From an uncultured cyanobacterium (GTDB lineage: Bacteria > Cyanobacteriota > Cyanobacteriia > Cyanobacteriales > CAWUOF01), in assembly GCA_963744145.1 (NCBI GenBank), contig CAVUSO010000001.1, positions 7,456,001-7,520,000 on the forward strand: a DNA stretch of 64,000 nucleotides, written 5' to 3'. The notes below the pieces were generated by a model. That model did not search any database and was not told the DNA's origin. It saw only the letters and a list, made by a program, of their open reading frames with translations. Below are positions 17,983 through 27,352 of the stretch, in pieces. Each line of letters begins with the position of its first letter. Position 1 is the first letter of the stretch. A program made the position numbers and the translations under genes.

Positions 17983-18309
17983 TTAATTTTCCTCGTTTCT
18001 ATGAATAGCTTCTTCTATTTCCTCTGGGTGAGCGTCTGCATAAGTCCAAGCATTAACTAAATCTTCTGCTTTCAAGTGGGAAAAATCTTGTAATATTCGA
18101 GCATCAGAAGCACCTAAACGGCGATAATTGATTAGCGACCAAATAGGAATACGGGTATTGGCAATTCTAGCATCACCACCACACACTCCAGGAGTTTTTT
18201 CAATTCCTTGCCAAGCATTGCTTAAACTTTGGACTAAAAGTTGGATTGCTTGTGCTTTTTCATTTGGACTTAATGCCAGTAATTGTAGTTCTAAATCTTT
18301 CAGTGTCAT
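17983..18309 (-). CDS. DUF433 domain protein (putative antitoxin)
   Basis: IEKTPGVCGGDARIANTRIPIW signature. Confidence 0.9.
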   Translation of the reverse strand: MTLKDLELQLLALSPNEKAQAIQLLVQSLSNAWQGIEKTPGVCGGDARIANTRIPIWSLINYRRLGASDARILQDFSHLKAEDLVNAWTYADAHPEEIEEAIHRNEEN

Positions 18310-18368
18310 AGTTACTATCAGTTTTGGATTTAGGATATATCTATGTTATAATAATTCCCAGGAAAAAT

Positions 18369-18944
18369 TCAACTTGAGAAAACAGGCAATTCTAAAACAA
18401 ATCCTGGTAAAACATCCTCTCCTGATAAACTAGCAGGAAGCGGGATAATTTCCACTGGAGAATTAGGACGATAAATTTCAACTTGTTGCTCTTGGGGATT
18501 AATTAGCCAACCTAAACGTAATCCGCTATTGAGATACTCTTGCATTTTTGCTCGTAATGGTCCGATCGCATCAGTTCGCGATCGCAATTCGATCACAAAA
18601 TCGGGGCAAATTGGTGGAAATGCTTCTTGTTTTTCTGGAGTTAAAGCATCCCATCGGTCTAATCTAATCCAAGCTACATCAGGGGAGCGATCTCCACCAT
18701 TTGGGAGACGAAAAATTGTTGACGAACTAAAAACAATACCAAGTTTTGTTTGCCGATTCCAGATATTCAAATCAGTAATTAAATCAGCTTCCCTATTCCC
18801 ACTTCTGCCTCCAACTGGTGACATAATAATCAGTTCTCCTTTAGCAGTACGTTCTAGTTTCCAATCTTGATTTTCTTGACAGAGATGATCAAATTGCTCC
18901 TCAGTCAAATCAACATTATGCAAGTTTAAAACTATCCCATTCAT
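18369..18944 (-). CDS. Uma2 family (DUF820) endonuclease
   Basis: LERTAKGELIIMSP, RSPDVAW, PDFVIELRS and LGWLINP motifs. Confidence 0.93.
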   Translation of the reverse strand: MNGIVLNLHNVDLTEEQFDHLCQENQDWKLERTAKGELIIMSPVGGRSGNREADLITDLNIWNRQTKLGIVFSSSTIFRLPNGGDRSPDVAWIRLDRWDALTPEKQEAFPPICPDFVIELRSRTDAIGPLRAKMQEYLNSGLRLGWLINPQEQQVEIYRPNSPVEIIPLPASLSGEDVLPGFVLELPVFSS

Positions 18945-19015
18945 TTTTACAACCTCTAGCAATTGGAAAAATATATGTTAATTTTAGTCTAAAATTGGGG
19001 TAAATACGATCGCGA

Positions 19016-19603
19016 TTAAATCTCACCTTGTAAAATTTGATTAACTGTCAAATTAATTTGGGCAAAGGTAGGAGAGATGAGGCGATCGCCATCAGTAAAT
19101 ACAGTTTCATCGTACCATCCCTCAGACAGAGTAAAAATAGTAAGTTTTACTTGGAGCGGATCGACAATCCAATATTCAGGGATATTTAAAACACAATATT
19201 CGGAACGTTTAGCACGGTAGTCGATACTTTTTGTTGATGCGCTGATAACTTCTACCACTAAAAGTGGTGCTGCTTCATTGACGTAAATAACAGCCTCGCG
19301 GTTTTGCAAATTTCGCCACTGTTCTTTAGGAATAATAACTAGATCAGGAATGCGAACTGTATCCCAGCGATCGCTGCGAGGAGATTGAATCCCAATCACC
19401 ATTTGTTTAGATACCCAATCCAGTCCTATTCTAGCAATTTCATGGCGAAATTTAGTATTAAGAAAATCGATAATTTCACCATGTTTTCCGGTTCCCAGTG
19501 CCATAGGTATTAATTTTCCATTAACTAATTCATAGAGGGTATTTGTGCCATCATCATAGTGAAGATATTCTTCTAAGGTAAAGCGTTGGGTTGTGGTACT
19601 CAT
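19016..19603 (-). CDS. Uma2 family (DUF820) endonuclease
   Basis: YELVNGKL, RIPDL, LVVEVIS and IPEYWIVDP motifs. Confidence 0.92.
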   Translation of the reverse strand: MSTTTQRFTLEEYLHYDDGTNTLYELVNGKLIPMALGTGKHGEIIDFLNTKFRHEIARIGLDWVSKQMVIGIQSPRSDRWDTVRIPDLVIIPKEQWRNLQNREAVIYVNEAAPLLVVEVISASTKSIDYRAKRSEYCVLNIPEYWIVDPLQVKLTIFTLSEGWYDETVFTDGDRLISPTFAQINLTVNQILQGEI

Positions 19604-19641
19604 CGGATTTAACTTACTATGGTTCAATTTTATATTTAATT

Positions 19642-20211
19642 TTAAAAAATAGGTAATTCTAAAACAAATCCTGGTAAAACATCCTCTCCTGATAAACTAG
19701 CAGGAAGTTGGACAATTTCCACGGGAGAATTAGGACGATAAATTTCGACTTGTTGCTCTTGCGGATTAATTAGCCAACCTAAACGTAACCCGCTATTTAG
19801 ATATTCTGCCATTTTTGCTCGTAATGGTGCGATCGCATCAGTTCGCGATCGCAATTCGATCACAAAATCAGGACAAATTGGTGGAAATGTTTCTTGTTTT
19901 TCTGGACTTAAAGCATCCCATCGGTCTAATCTAATCCAAGCTACATCAGGGGAACGGTCTCCACCTTTAGGAAGAAAAAAAATTGTTGACGAACTAAAAA
20001 CAACACCGAGTTTTGCTTGCTGATTCCAGATCCATAATTTACTAATTAAATCAGCTTCTTTGTTACCACTTCTTCCCCCAACTGGTGACATAATAACGAG
20101 TTCTCCTTTAGCAGTACGCTCCAGTTTCCAATCTTGGTTTTCTTGACAGAGATGATAAAATTGTTCCTCAGTTAAATCAACATTATGCAAGTTTAAAACT
20201 ACAGCATTCAT
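19642..20211 (-). CDS. Uma2 family (DUF820) endonuclease, close paralog of 18369-18944
   Basis: Same motifs and high identity to the first copy. Confidence 0.93.
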   Translation of the reverse strand: MNAVVLNLHNVDLTEEQFYHLCQENQDWKLERTAKGELVIMSPVGGRSGNKEADLISKLWIWNQQAKLGVVFSSSTIFFLPKGGDRSPDVAWIRLDRWDALSPEKQETFPPICPDFVIELRSRTDAIAPLRAKMAEYLNSGLRLGWLINPQEQQVEIYRPNSPVEIVQLPASLSGEDVLPGFVLELPIF

Positions 20212-20421
20212 CTTTACAACCTCCTGGCAATTGGAAAAAAGCGATGGGAGTTTGGGTAAATTTTAGTCTAAAATTGGGATAAATGCGATGGTCAAGGTTT
20301 TTTGCCAGTAAAAAAAAGTCACGCATTTTGGTGACTTCCTTTACCGCGTTTCGGTAGATTAATAAAGTTCTGCACGGGTAATCTGAATTTTTAACTATTG
20401 AATTTTCCTAATCACTCCTGA

Positions 20422-20778
20422 CTAACCAACTAGAACGGTTTCGACTGAATCTGTGTCAAGGTTTTTTTTCTGAAAATTTGTGTTCATCTGAATCTGTAAC
20501 TTTGGACCGGAACGAGCTAACCTGACTACTGTCCCATTCTCCACCGATACTTCCCTGATCCGTTGATCAGCTAAATAAGTACCATTAGTACCTAAATTGA
20601 TGATTTTCCATTTACAACCAATTTGCTGGATCTCTAGATGATACCGCGATACTACGGCACTGTAGAGAATTACATCGTTATCGGGCGATCGCCCAATTTT
20701 AATCACTGGTTTTTGCTCAAAAGTCCAACTTTGAGCCGGTAGATTTGTGAGTGGATGCACCAATGTCAGAGTTATCAC
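20422..20778 (-). CDS. FHA domain protein
   Basis: IGRSPDNDV, VSRYH and GTNGTYL FHA motifs. Confidence 0.9.
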   Translation of the reverse strand: MITLTLVHPLTNLPAQSWTFEQKPVIKIGRSPDNDVILYSAVVSRYHLEIQQIGCKWKIINLGTNGTYLADQRIREVSVENGTVVRLARSGPKLQIQMNTNFQKKNLDTDSVETVLVG

Positions 20779-20990
20779 TATTTACTCCAGACAACCTAAT
20801 ATAAAACATTATTTTCTATTATGACAAAATATTTATCAATTTCGTTCCTTAAAAAATAAAATATTTTCTCCTTAATTTTGCTCAAAAATCTCTGGAAAAT
20901 AATCTGGTTTATGATATAATTAGACGCTGAATTAAGATAGGGTTTGATGTCGGGTAATTACCCCCGACACCTCTCACCCCCCCAAAGATA

Positions 20991-23066
20991 TTAATCCTCA
21001 ATGATGAGATTAAGCGATCGCCCTAAAAAAGCCCATTTATCGGCTGCTTCTGCGATAATTTTAGTAGTTGGTTTGCCAGCACCATGTCCAGCTTGAGTTT
21101 CAATCCGAATTAAAACTGGTTTTTCCCCACTATGTGCCGATTGTAATGCAGCCGCAAATTTAAAACTATGGGCTGGTACAACTCGATCGTCGTGATCTGC
21201 GGTAGTAATCATTGTGGCTGGATAAGCTGTGTCTGGTTGAAGATTATGTAGCGGTGAATACTGATATAAATTCTGAAAATCTTCAAGATCATCAGGGTTA
21301 CCATATTCAGGTGCCCAAGCCCAACCAATGGTAAACTTATGGAAGCGTAACATATCCATCACACCAACTGCTGGTAAGACTGCGGCAAATAAATCTGGAC
21401 GTTGCACCATACAAGCTCCCACTAATAAACCTCCATTACTACCACCACCAATTGCTAATTTGGTAGATGAAGTATAATGATTAGCAATGAGCCATTCAGC
21501 CGCAGCGATAAAATCATCAAAGACATTCTGTTTCTTTAATTTCATTCCCCCTTGGTGCCACTCTTCACCATATTCTCCACCACCTCGCAAATTGGGAACT
21601 GCATAAATTCCTCCCATTTCCATCCAAGTTAATAAACTCACGGAAAAACTTGGCGTGAGGGAAATATTAAACCCACCATAACCATAAAGATAAGTAGGGT
21701 TATTACCATCTAACCGCAGTCCTTTTTTAAAGGTAATAAACATCGGTACTAAAGTGTTATCCTTACTCCGATAAAAAACTTGCTGAGTCGCATAATCCTC
21801 TGGATTAAAGTCAACTTTTGGCTGACGGAATAAACTACTTTCTCCCGTAATCATATTATAACGATAGATGGTAGCTGGTGTGGTAAATCCGGTAAAACTA
21901 TAAAAAGTTTCGGTGTCAGAACGTTTACCAGAAAAACCTCCCGCTGAACCAATTCCTGGTAAAATTACTTCCCGGATGAAAGTACCATCTAGGTTAAATA
22001 TTTTTATTTCAGTATGGGCATCTTTAAGATAATCAACGACAAATTGATGATTAAGTATGCCCACATCTTCTAAAACTTCTTCAGTTTCAGGAATAATTTC
22101 TTGCCACTGTTCCGGTGCTGGATTTTTAGTATCGATCGCAATGACTCGACCTCTTGGTGCATTTAAGTCAGTCTGAAACCAAAAAACTGAGCCTTCATTA
22201 TCGATAAAATTATAACGCGCGGCAAACTCATTAATTAGTTCAATTACTGGTGAGTTGCGATCGGTTAAATCTTGATAAAAAACCAGATTTTTGGGAGCAG
22301 TTCCTTGCCACACGGAGATAATTAAATATTTGCCATCTTCTGTGACACTACCATTAAATCCCCATTCTTTTTGATCCGGACGATGATAGATTAGGACATC
22401 TTCTGATTGAGGAGTACCTAAACGATGATAGAACAATTTTTGAAAGTAATTAACTTCTTCTAATTTAGTTTCTGGTTTTGGTTCATCATAGCGACTGTAA
22501 AAAAAACCTTCGTGATCGTGACTCCAAGATGCTCCAGAAAACTTGATCCAATTTAAGCGATCGCTAAAATCTTCACCAGTTTCAATATTACGGACTTTCC
22601 ATTCTTGCCAATCTGATCCAGCCGTAGAAAGTCCGTAAGCAAGTAATTCTCCATTTTCACTAATCGCAAATCCTGAGAGAGCTACTGTACCATCTGGTGA
22701 TAAAGTATTCGGGTCAAGTAAGAGTCTCGGTTCCCCATCTAAAGTAGTCAAAGTATATAACACACTTTGGTTTTGTAGTCCATCATTTTTAAAATAAAAA
22801 TAACGATTACCTTTTTTAAAGGGAATACTATATTTTTCATAGTCCCATAATTGAGTCAGACGTTGTTTAATTTTTTCCCGGCTCGGGATTTCTTCGAGAT
22901 ACTTAAAAGTTAATTGGTTTTGTGTTGTTACCCAAGCTTTCGTTTCCTCAGAATCTGGATCTTCTAACCATCGATAAGGATCGGCAATTAAAGTACCATG
23001 ATAGTCGTCAACTTGGTCAACTTTGCGGCTGATTGGATATTGCAGAGATTTTTCGTTAGATGTCAT
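20991..23066 (-). CDS. Prolyl oligopeptidase (S9A)
   Basis: DPYRWLED, GGSNGGL (catalytic Ser), DDRV and AGHG motifs. Confidence 0.96.
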   Translation of the reverse strand: MTSNEKSLQYPISRKVDQVDDYHGTLIADPYRWLEDPDSEETKAWVTTQNQLTFKYLEEIPSREKIKQRLTQLWDYEKYSIPFKKGNRYFYFKNDGLQNQSVLYTLTTLDGEPRLLLDPNTLSPDGTVALSGFAISENGELLAYGLSTAGSDWQEWKVRNIETGEDFSDRLNWIKFSGASWSHDHEGFFYSRYDEPKPETKLEEVNYFQKLFYHRLGTPQSEDVLIYHRPDQKEWGFNGSVTEDGKYLIISVWQGTAPKNLVFYQDLTDRNSPVIELINEFAARYNFIDNEGSVFWFQTDLNAPRGRVIAIDTKNPAPEQWQEIIPETEEVLEDVGILNHQFVVDYLKDAHTEIKIFNLDGTFIREVILPGIGSAGGFSGKRSDTETFYSFTGFTTPATIYRYNMITGESSLFRQPKVDFNPEDYATQQVFYRSKDNTLVPMFITFKKGLRLDGNNPTYLYGYGGFNISLTPSFSVSLLTWMEMGGIYAVPNLRGGGEYGEEWHQGGMKLKKQNVFDDFIAAAEWLIANHYTSSTKLAIGGGSNGGLLVGACMVQRPDLFAAVLPAVGVMDMLRFHKFTIGWAWAPEYGNPDDLEDFQNLYQYSPLHNLQPDTAYPATMITTADHDDRVVPAHSFKFAAALQSAHSGEKPVLIRIETQAGHGAGKPTTKIIAEAADKWAFLGRSLNLIIED

Positions 23067-23104
23067 AAACTCAGATAGTAAGCGACATCTTTTAGTTTAA
23101 CCTT

Positions 23105-23914
23105 TTAAAACCCTAAAAGTTTCACAACTCCAATCCCACCAAAATATAACCCTAATGCAGCACCTGCGAATAGACTTTGAGTTAAAGGGTCAGTCGAAGG
23201 AGTCAGGATCGCACCTAAAACAGCAGCACCTAAAATCACAAACCGCCAACTAGCAATCATAATTTTTGACGAAACAATCCCCACCAGACTTAATAAAATT
23301 TGAATCACTGGAATTTGAAAAGATAAACCAGTTACAAATAACAGCATTAACACAAATTCAAAATATTTCTCAATCGACCAAGCTTGTTCAACTACATCTT
23401 TTCCATAGCTAATCAAAAAACTAAGAGCCGCAGGAATTAATAACCAATAGGCAAAAAATAGCCCAGCTATAAATAAGATACTCGAACCAAAAACAATCGG
23501 AGTAACTAAGCGACGTTCTTTAATAGTTAATCCTGGGAGAACAAAACGAACAATTTGATAGATGATTACCGGACTAGCTAATAGTAAACCACTATAACCC
23601 GCAACTTTAATCGTTACAAAAAAGTATTCTCCTGGAGTCAATTGGAGAAATTTTACTCCTCGGGCTGGTATTTCTAATAACTTCACCAAGGGTTTAGCTA
23701 TAAAAAAACAACCAATTATGCTAACCACAATAGCAATTAAAGAGTAAAAAATTCGCCGTCGCAACTCATCTAAATGGTCAAAGATGGACATTTCCACGTC
23801 ATCGGGTAACTCGTCGTCGGGATCTTCATCGGTAATTTTTCCGTTTAGACTTACTAAGGTGGAAGTTTCTGATGGGTCAGGAAAATTGGTCTCCCTTTCT
23901 GATGGAAGCGTCAT
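23105..23914 (-). CDS. tatC: Twin-arginine translocase subunit TatC
   Basis: [18 protein letters not shown] and TPSTDP motifs; multiple TM helices. Confidence 0.96.
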   Translation of the reverse strand: MTLPSERETNFPDPSETSTLVSLNGKITDEDPDDELPDDVEMSIFDHLDELRRRIFYSLIAIVVSIIGCFFIAKPLVKLLEIPARGVKFLQLTPGEYFFVTIKVAGYSGLLLASPVIIYQIVRFVLPGLTIKERRLVTPIVFGSSILFIAGLFFAYWLLIPAALSFLISYGKDVVEQAWSIEKYFEFVLMLLFVTGLSFQIPVIQILLSLVGIVSSKIMIASWRFVILGAAVLGAILTPSTDPLTQSLFAGAALGLYFGGIGVVKLLGF

Positions 23915-23945
23915 GGTTTAGCCACAATCCTAGTTTTTTCTCTAT

Positions 23946-24072
23946 TAGACCTCTTGCAAAAGTCATGTTGATCAATTTACTGGCTGGACAGGCAAGATGC
24001 CTGTCCCACAACCAAAAAAACTCTTGTGGGACAGGCATCTTGCCTGTCCTAGTTATTTTTGCAAGAACTCTA
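23946..24072. repeat. Palindromic MITE/REPIN-like element
   Basis: Imperfect terminal IR TAGACCTCTTGCAAAA/TTTTGCAAGAACTCTA enclosing the inverted pair GGACAGGCAAGATGCCTGTCCCACAA / TTGTGGGACAGGCATCTTGCCTGTCC. Confidence 0.8.
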
Positions 24073-24087
24073 TTGTATCTAATCATG

Positions 24088-27075
24088 TTACCGAGAAAGT
24101 AGACTGGTTTGGAGAGTGCTGAGTAACTCCTTATCTAAATAAGGTTTCGTTAAATACTCCGTTGCTCCTAATTGTTTGGCCAATTGGCGATATTTTTCAC
24201 TGCGACGGGATGTTAAAATAATTACTGGTAATTTAGACTCAGAAAATTCTTTCCGACAACGAGTCAAAAACTCAAAACCTGTCATTTTTGGCATTTCCAA
24301 ATCAGAAATGACTGCTTTGATGGTAGGATCTTGACGCAGTTTTTCTAAAGCTTCTCCACCATGTTTAGCTTGAACGACTCGATAACCCCCTTTACCCAAA
24401 CTCACGGACAGGGTATGTCTCATGGTGAGGGAATCATCAATGACTAGAATCGTTGGGACTGATGTAGATTTGACATCTGCTCTGACTGGTGTTGAGGATT
24501 TAGCTGTCACTGAACCTGAAGTGGGTAGTTGTAACCATCGCGCAACTAACGCTTGACCATCAATTACCGGGACTAAACGACCATCACCCAAAATTGTACA
24601 ACCACATAGATAAGTTGGTGCTGTAATCGTTTCTCCAAAAGGTTTGATCACTAGGTTTTGTTCCATCAAAATTTGATCGATCTTGAGGGCGATAATTTGG
24701 GAACCCTGAGATATTAATAGGAGGGAAACTTTTCCTGATGGTTGACTAGAACGATTGACCGATAGCTTGCTAGCTTCTGCTGTGGGTGGATAATGATAAG
24801 CAAATAGTAAAGCTGATGGGTAGAGTGGAACCCGTTGATTTTGCCATAAGTAATATTCTCGTCCTTGTCGAGTTTCTATTTGCTGGATTGGTGCTGATGC
24901 GATCGCAACTAAGGTATCCACTGGAATTGCTAAAACATTCCCCTCCACACTGAATACCAACAATTTCGTAATTGTCAAAGTCCAAGGTAAACGTAAGATA
25001 AATGTGGTTCCTTTTCCTGGTTCCGAAGTTAGGGTAATTGAACCTTTTAAAGCATCTATTTGTAATCGTACTGCTTCTAAACCCATCCCCCGTCCTGAAA
25101 GTTCACTCACTTTATCCGCAGTGGTAAACCCAGGAGCAAACAAATATTCATACAAACTACTATTAGAGACCATCGCTGCTTCCGATGGAGAAAGTAAATT
25201 CTTAGAAACAGCCGAAAGACGAATTTTTTGGGGATCAATTCCTTGACCATCATCTTTGATTTCTACATAAGTATAGTTTCCTTGATGATAAGCATGAATT
25301 GTAATAATTCCTTGAGCAGGTTTACCCTGAGATTTTCTAATTTCTGGTGGTTCAATTCCATGATCAAAAGCATTACGAACTAAGTGAACTAAAGGATCAT
25401 AGAGTTTTTCTAAAACTGCTTTATCAATCAGTGTGGTAGTACCAATTAGTTCTAAAGTAACTTGTTTATTTTCTTTAGCAGCTAAATCGCGCACCATGCG
25501 GGGAAATCGATTTAATAAATCCCCTACAGGTAACATTCGCGCTCGTAAAAGATTATTTTGAACTTGTTTGAGAGTTTGTTGTCTTTTTTTTAGAATTTGT
25601 TGACTTTGCTGGTTAATCAGCGACATATCTTGAATTGCTTCTGACAGTTGCACCACTTCTTCTACTACTGCTTCCATCAAAAATTGTAAATGTTTATAGG
25701 ATTGAGCAGAAGTAGTATTATTCATACCATAGCTGCTATCAGTTGGGGTAAATTCTGTCTGAAACTTTGGTTCTAATGCGGTCTTTTTTTGTTCTTCCGA
25801 TGCTTTTTTATAAGCATATTCACTCATCCCTCGATTAGCCCAGTTTTGCATTTGTCGAGTTAATTTATTTAGACGGTTATACCATTGATTTAAAGCTTCT
25901 AAGGTTTCTTTATTTTGTTGATTTTGCAATAAAAAGCTATTTTCCTGAGTAACTAATTCCCCGACTAGATTATTAATTAAATCTAAACGCGATAAGTCTA
26001 CCCGTACTCCCATAGCTAGAGTCCCTGTAGATAAACTAGCAGCTTTGGGATCTGGTACTAAGGGGGATATTTGTTGAGTAATATTTTTATTGATTTCTCT
26101 GACTATTTCTTGTTCGATCGGTTCCGGTAAAGGTTCTAGAACTGGAGCTTGATTACCATTGGTAGGTTGTGGTACTTTTGGTAAACTTTGAGCAGTCGAT
26201 TGAGCTGGGGGAGAAGATTTTTGGGGTATGGGAGTTTTAGTAATTGTTTGAGGGGAAGAATTTAGTTGTTGTGGGGTGACTTTATGCGCTTTTCTTTCCG
26301 ATAGTTGAATTAACTGAGTCGAGGGATTAATTTCCAATTCTCGATCGCCATTTAATACCGCTTTTTGAGCTTTACTAAAATCAGCAAATGCAATTTTACC
26401 GATCGCTTTGACAAACTCAGGATTTAATTCTAAAGCTTTAATTGTCCTTTGAGCGATCGCTACAAATCCAGCTAAATTAAGTAATTCTCCTAAACTAGCA
26501 AATACTTCAGTTTGAGACTTTAATTCTTCGATCATTTCTGTGGGTGAAGAATTAGTCAAAATATGTTCCCACCGTTTGAGTCCTTGGACTACTTCTTCCG
26601 CAAACAAAAATTGCGTAATATCAGCTTCCATTTCAACTTCGGGCATTTCATTCTCATATTCTTCTTCTAAAGAATGCCCTAATTTTTGTTCTAATTGAGC
26701 AAACACTAACTTAGCTTTTGCTTCCGCATTACCTTCATCATAAAATCCCGTTTCAATTTGGGAAATTAAAGGCGATCGCAAACAATCATAAGCTTTTAAA
26801 AACAATTCTTCTGTTTCTAAATCAATATTTTCTTCTCGATAAAGTGCCCTAAATCCATTTTCTAACTGATGTGCTAAAGTCTGAATTCCCATTAAACCCA
26901 CACAAGCAGCTCCTCCTTTAATTGAATGAGCAGCTCGCATCAAAGTATGAATTTTTGTCTGATTATGTTCTTCTCTTAAATTTAACAATCCTACTTCTAA
27001 ACGTTGTAATAGCTCTACAGTTTCTTGGACAAAAAACTGATAAGTTTGATCATTAGTGTCAATTTCGGTATTCAT
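24088..27075 (-). CDS. CheA-like hybrid histidine kinase (Hpt, HATPase, CheW, REC)
   Basis: RAAHSIKG Hpt motif, HLVRNAFDHGIE, DDGQG, SGRGMG and a C-terminal receiver domain. Confidence 0.95.
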   Translation of the reverse strand: MNTEIDTNDQTYQFFVQETVELLQRLEVGLLNLREEHNQTKIHTLMRAAHSIKGGAACVGLMGIQTLAHQLENGFRALYREENIDLETEELFLKAYDCLRSPLISQIETGFYDEGNAEAKAKLVFAQLEQKLGHSLEEEYENEMPEVEMEADITQFLFAEEVVQGLKRWEHILTNSSPTEMIEELKSQTEVFASLGELLNLAGFVAIAQRTIKALELNPEFVKAIGKIAFADFSKAQKAVLNGDRELEINPSTQLIQLSERKAHKVTPQQLNSSPQTITKTPIPQKSSPPAQSTAQSLPKVPQPTNGNQAPVLEPLPEPIEQEIVREINKNITQQISPLVPDPKAASLSTGTLAMGVRVDLSRLDLINNLVGELVTQENSFLLQNQQNKETLEALNQWYNRLNKLTRQMQNWANRGMSEYAYKKASEEQKKTALEPKFQTEFTPTDSSYGMNNTTSAQSYKHLQFLMEAVVEEVVQLSEAIQDMSLINQQSQQILKKRQQTLKQVQNNLLRARMLPVGDLLNRFPRMVRDLAAKENKQVTLELIGTTTLIDKAVLEKLYDPLVHLVRNAFDHGIEPPEIRKSQGKPAQGIITIHAYHQGNYTYVEIKDDGQGIDPQKIRLSAVSKNLLSPSEAAMVSNSSLYEYLFAPGFTTADKVSELSGRGMGLEAVRLQIDALKGSITLTSEPGKGTTFILRLPWTLTITKLLVFSVEGNVLAIPVDTLVAIASAPIQQIETRQGREYYLWQNQRVPLYPSALLFAYHYPPTAEASKLSVNRSSQPSGKVSLLLISQGSQIIALKIDQILMEQNLVIKPFGETITAPTYLCGCTILGDGRLVPVIDGQALVARWLQLPTSGSVTAKSSTPVRADVKSTSVPTILVIDDSLTMRHTLSVSLGKGGYRVVQAKHGGEALEKLRQDPTIKAVISDLEMPKMTGFEFLTRCRKEFSESKLPVIILTSRRSEKYRQLAKQLGATEYLTKPYLDKELLSTLQTSLLSR

Positions 27076-27121
27076 ATATTTAATTAGGGATCAGAAATTA
27101 GAGTTAATATCGTTTAGTAAA

Positions 27122-27250
27122 AAGACCTCTCTCCCAACCCCTCTCCTAAAAGGAAGGGGAGCAAAATGACTCCAATTAAATCTCTCATCAATTTAATCAT
27201 CTTCATTACTCCCCCTTCCCTCCTAGGGAAGGGGGTTGGGGGGTTAGGTC
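27122..27250. repeat. Cyanobacterial intergenic palindromic repeat (CCCCCTTCCCT..AGGGAAGGGGG type); related copy at 41454-41496
   Basis: Inverted C-rich/G-rich hairpins with GACCT/AGGTC ends. Confidence 0.7.
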
Positions 27251-27352
27251 GATCTTGCAAGAATCGATCGTGAAACAGCCGTGCTTTTTAATGGGGTTGG
27301 AGGGATCAAATTCTCTCCATCCTCATCAAAAATTGGGATAACACCTAACAAA

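Noticed and set aside
23872..24102. Overlapping ORFs 23872-24102 (+) and 23877-24086 (-)
   Set aside because: They span a palindromic repeat element and show no protein motifs.
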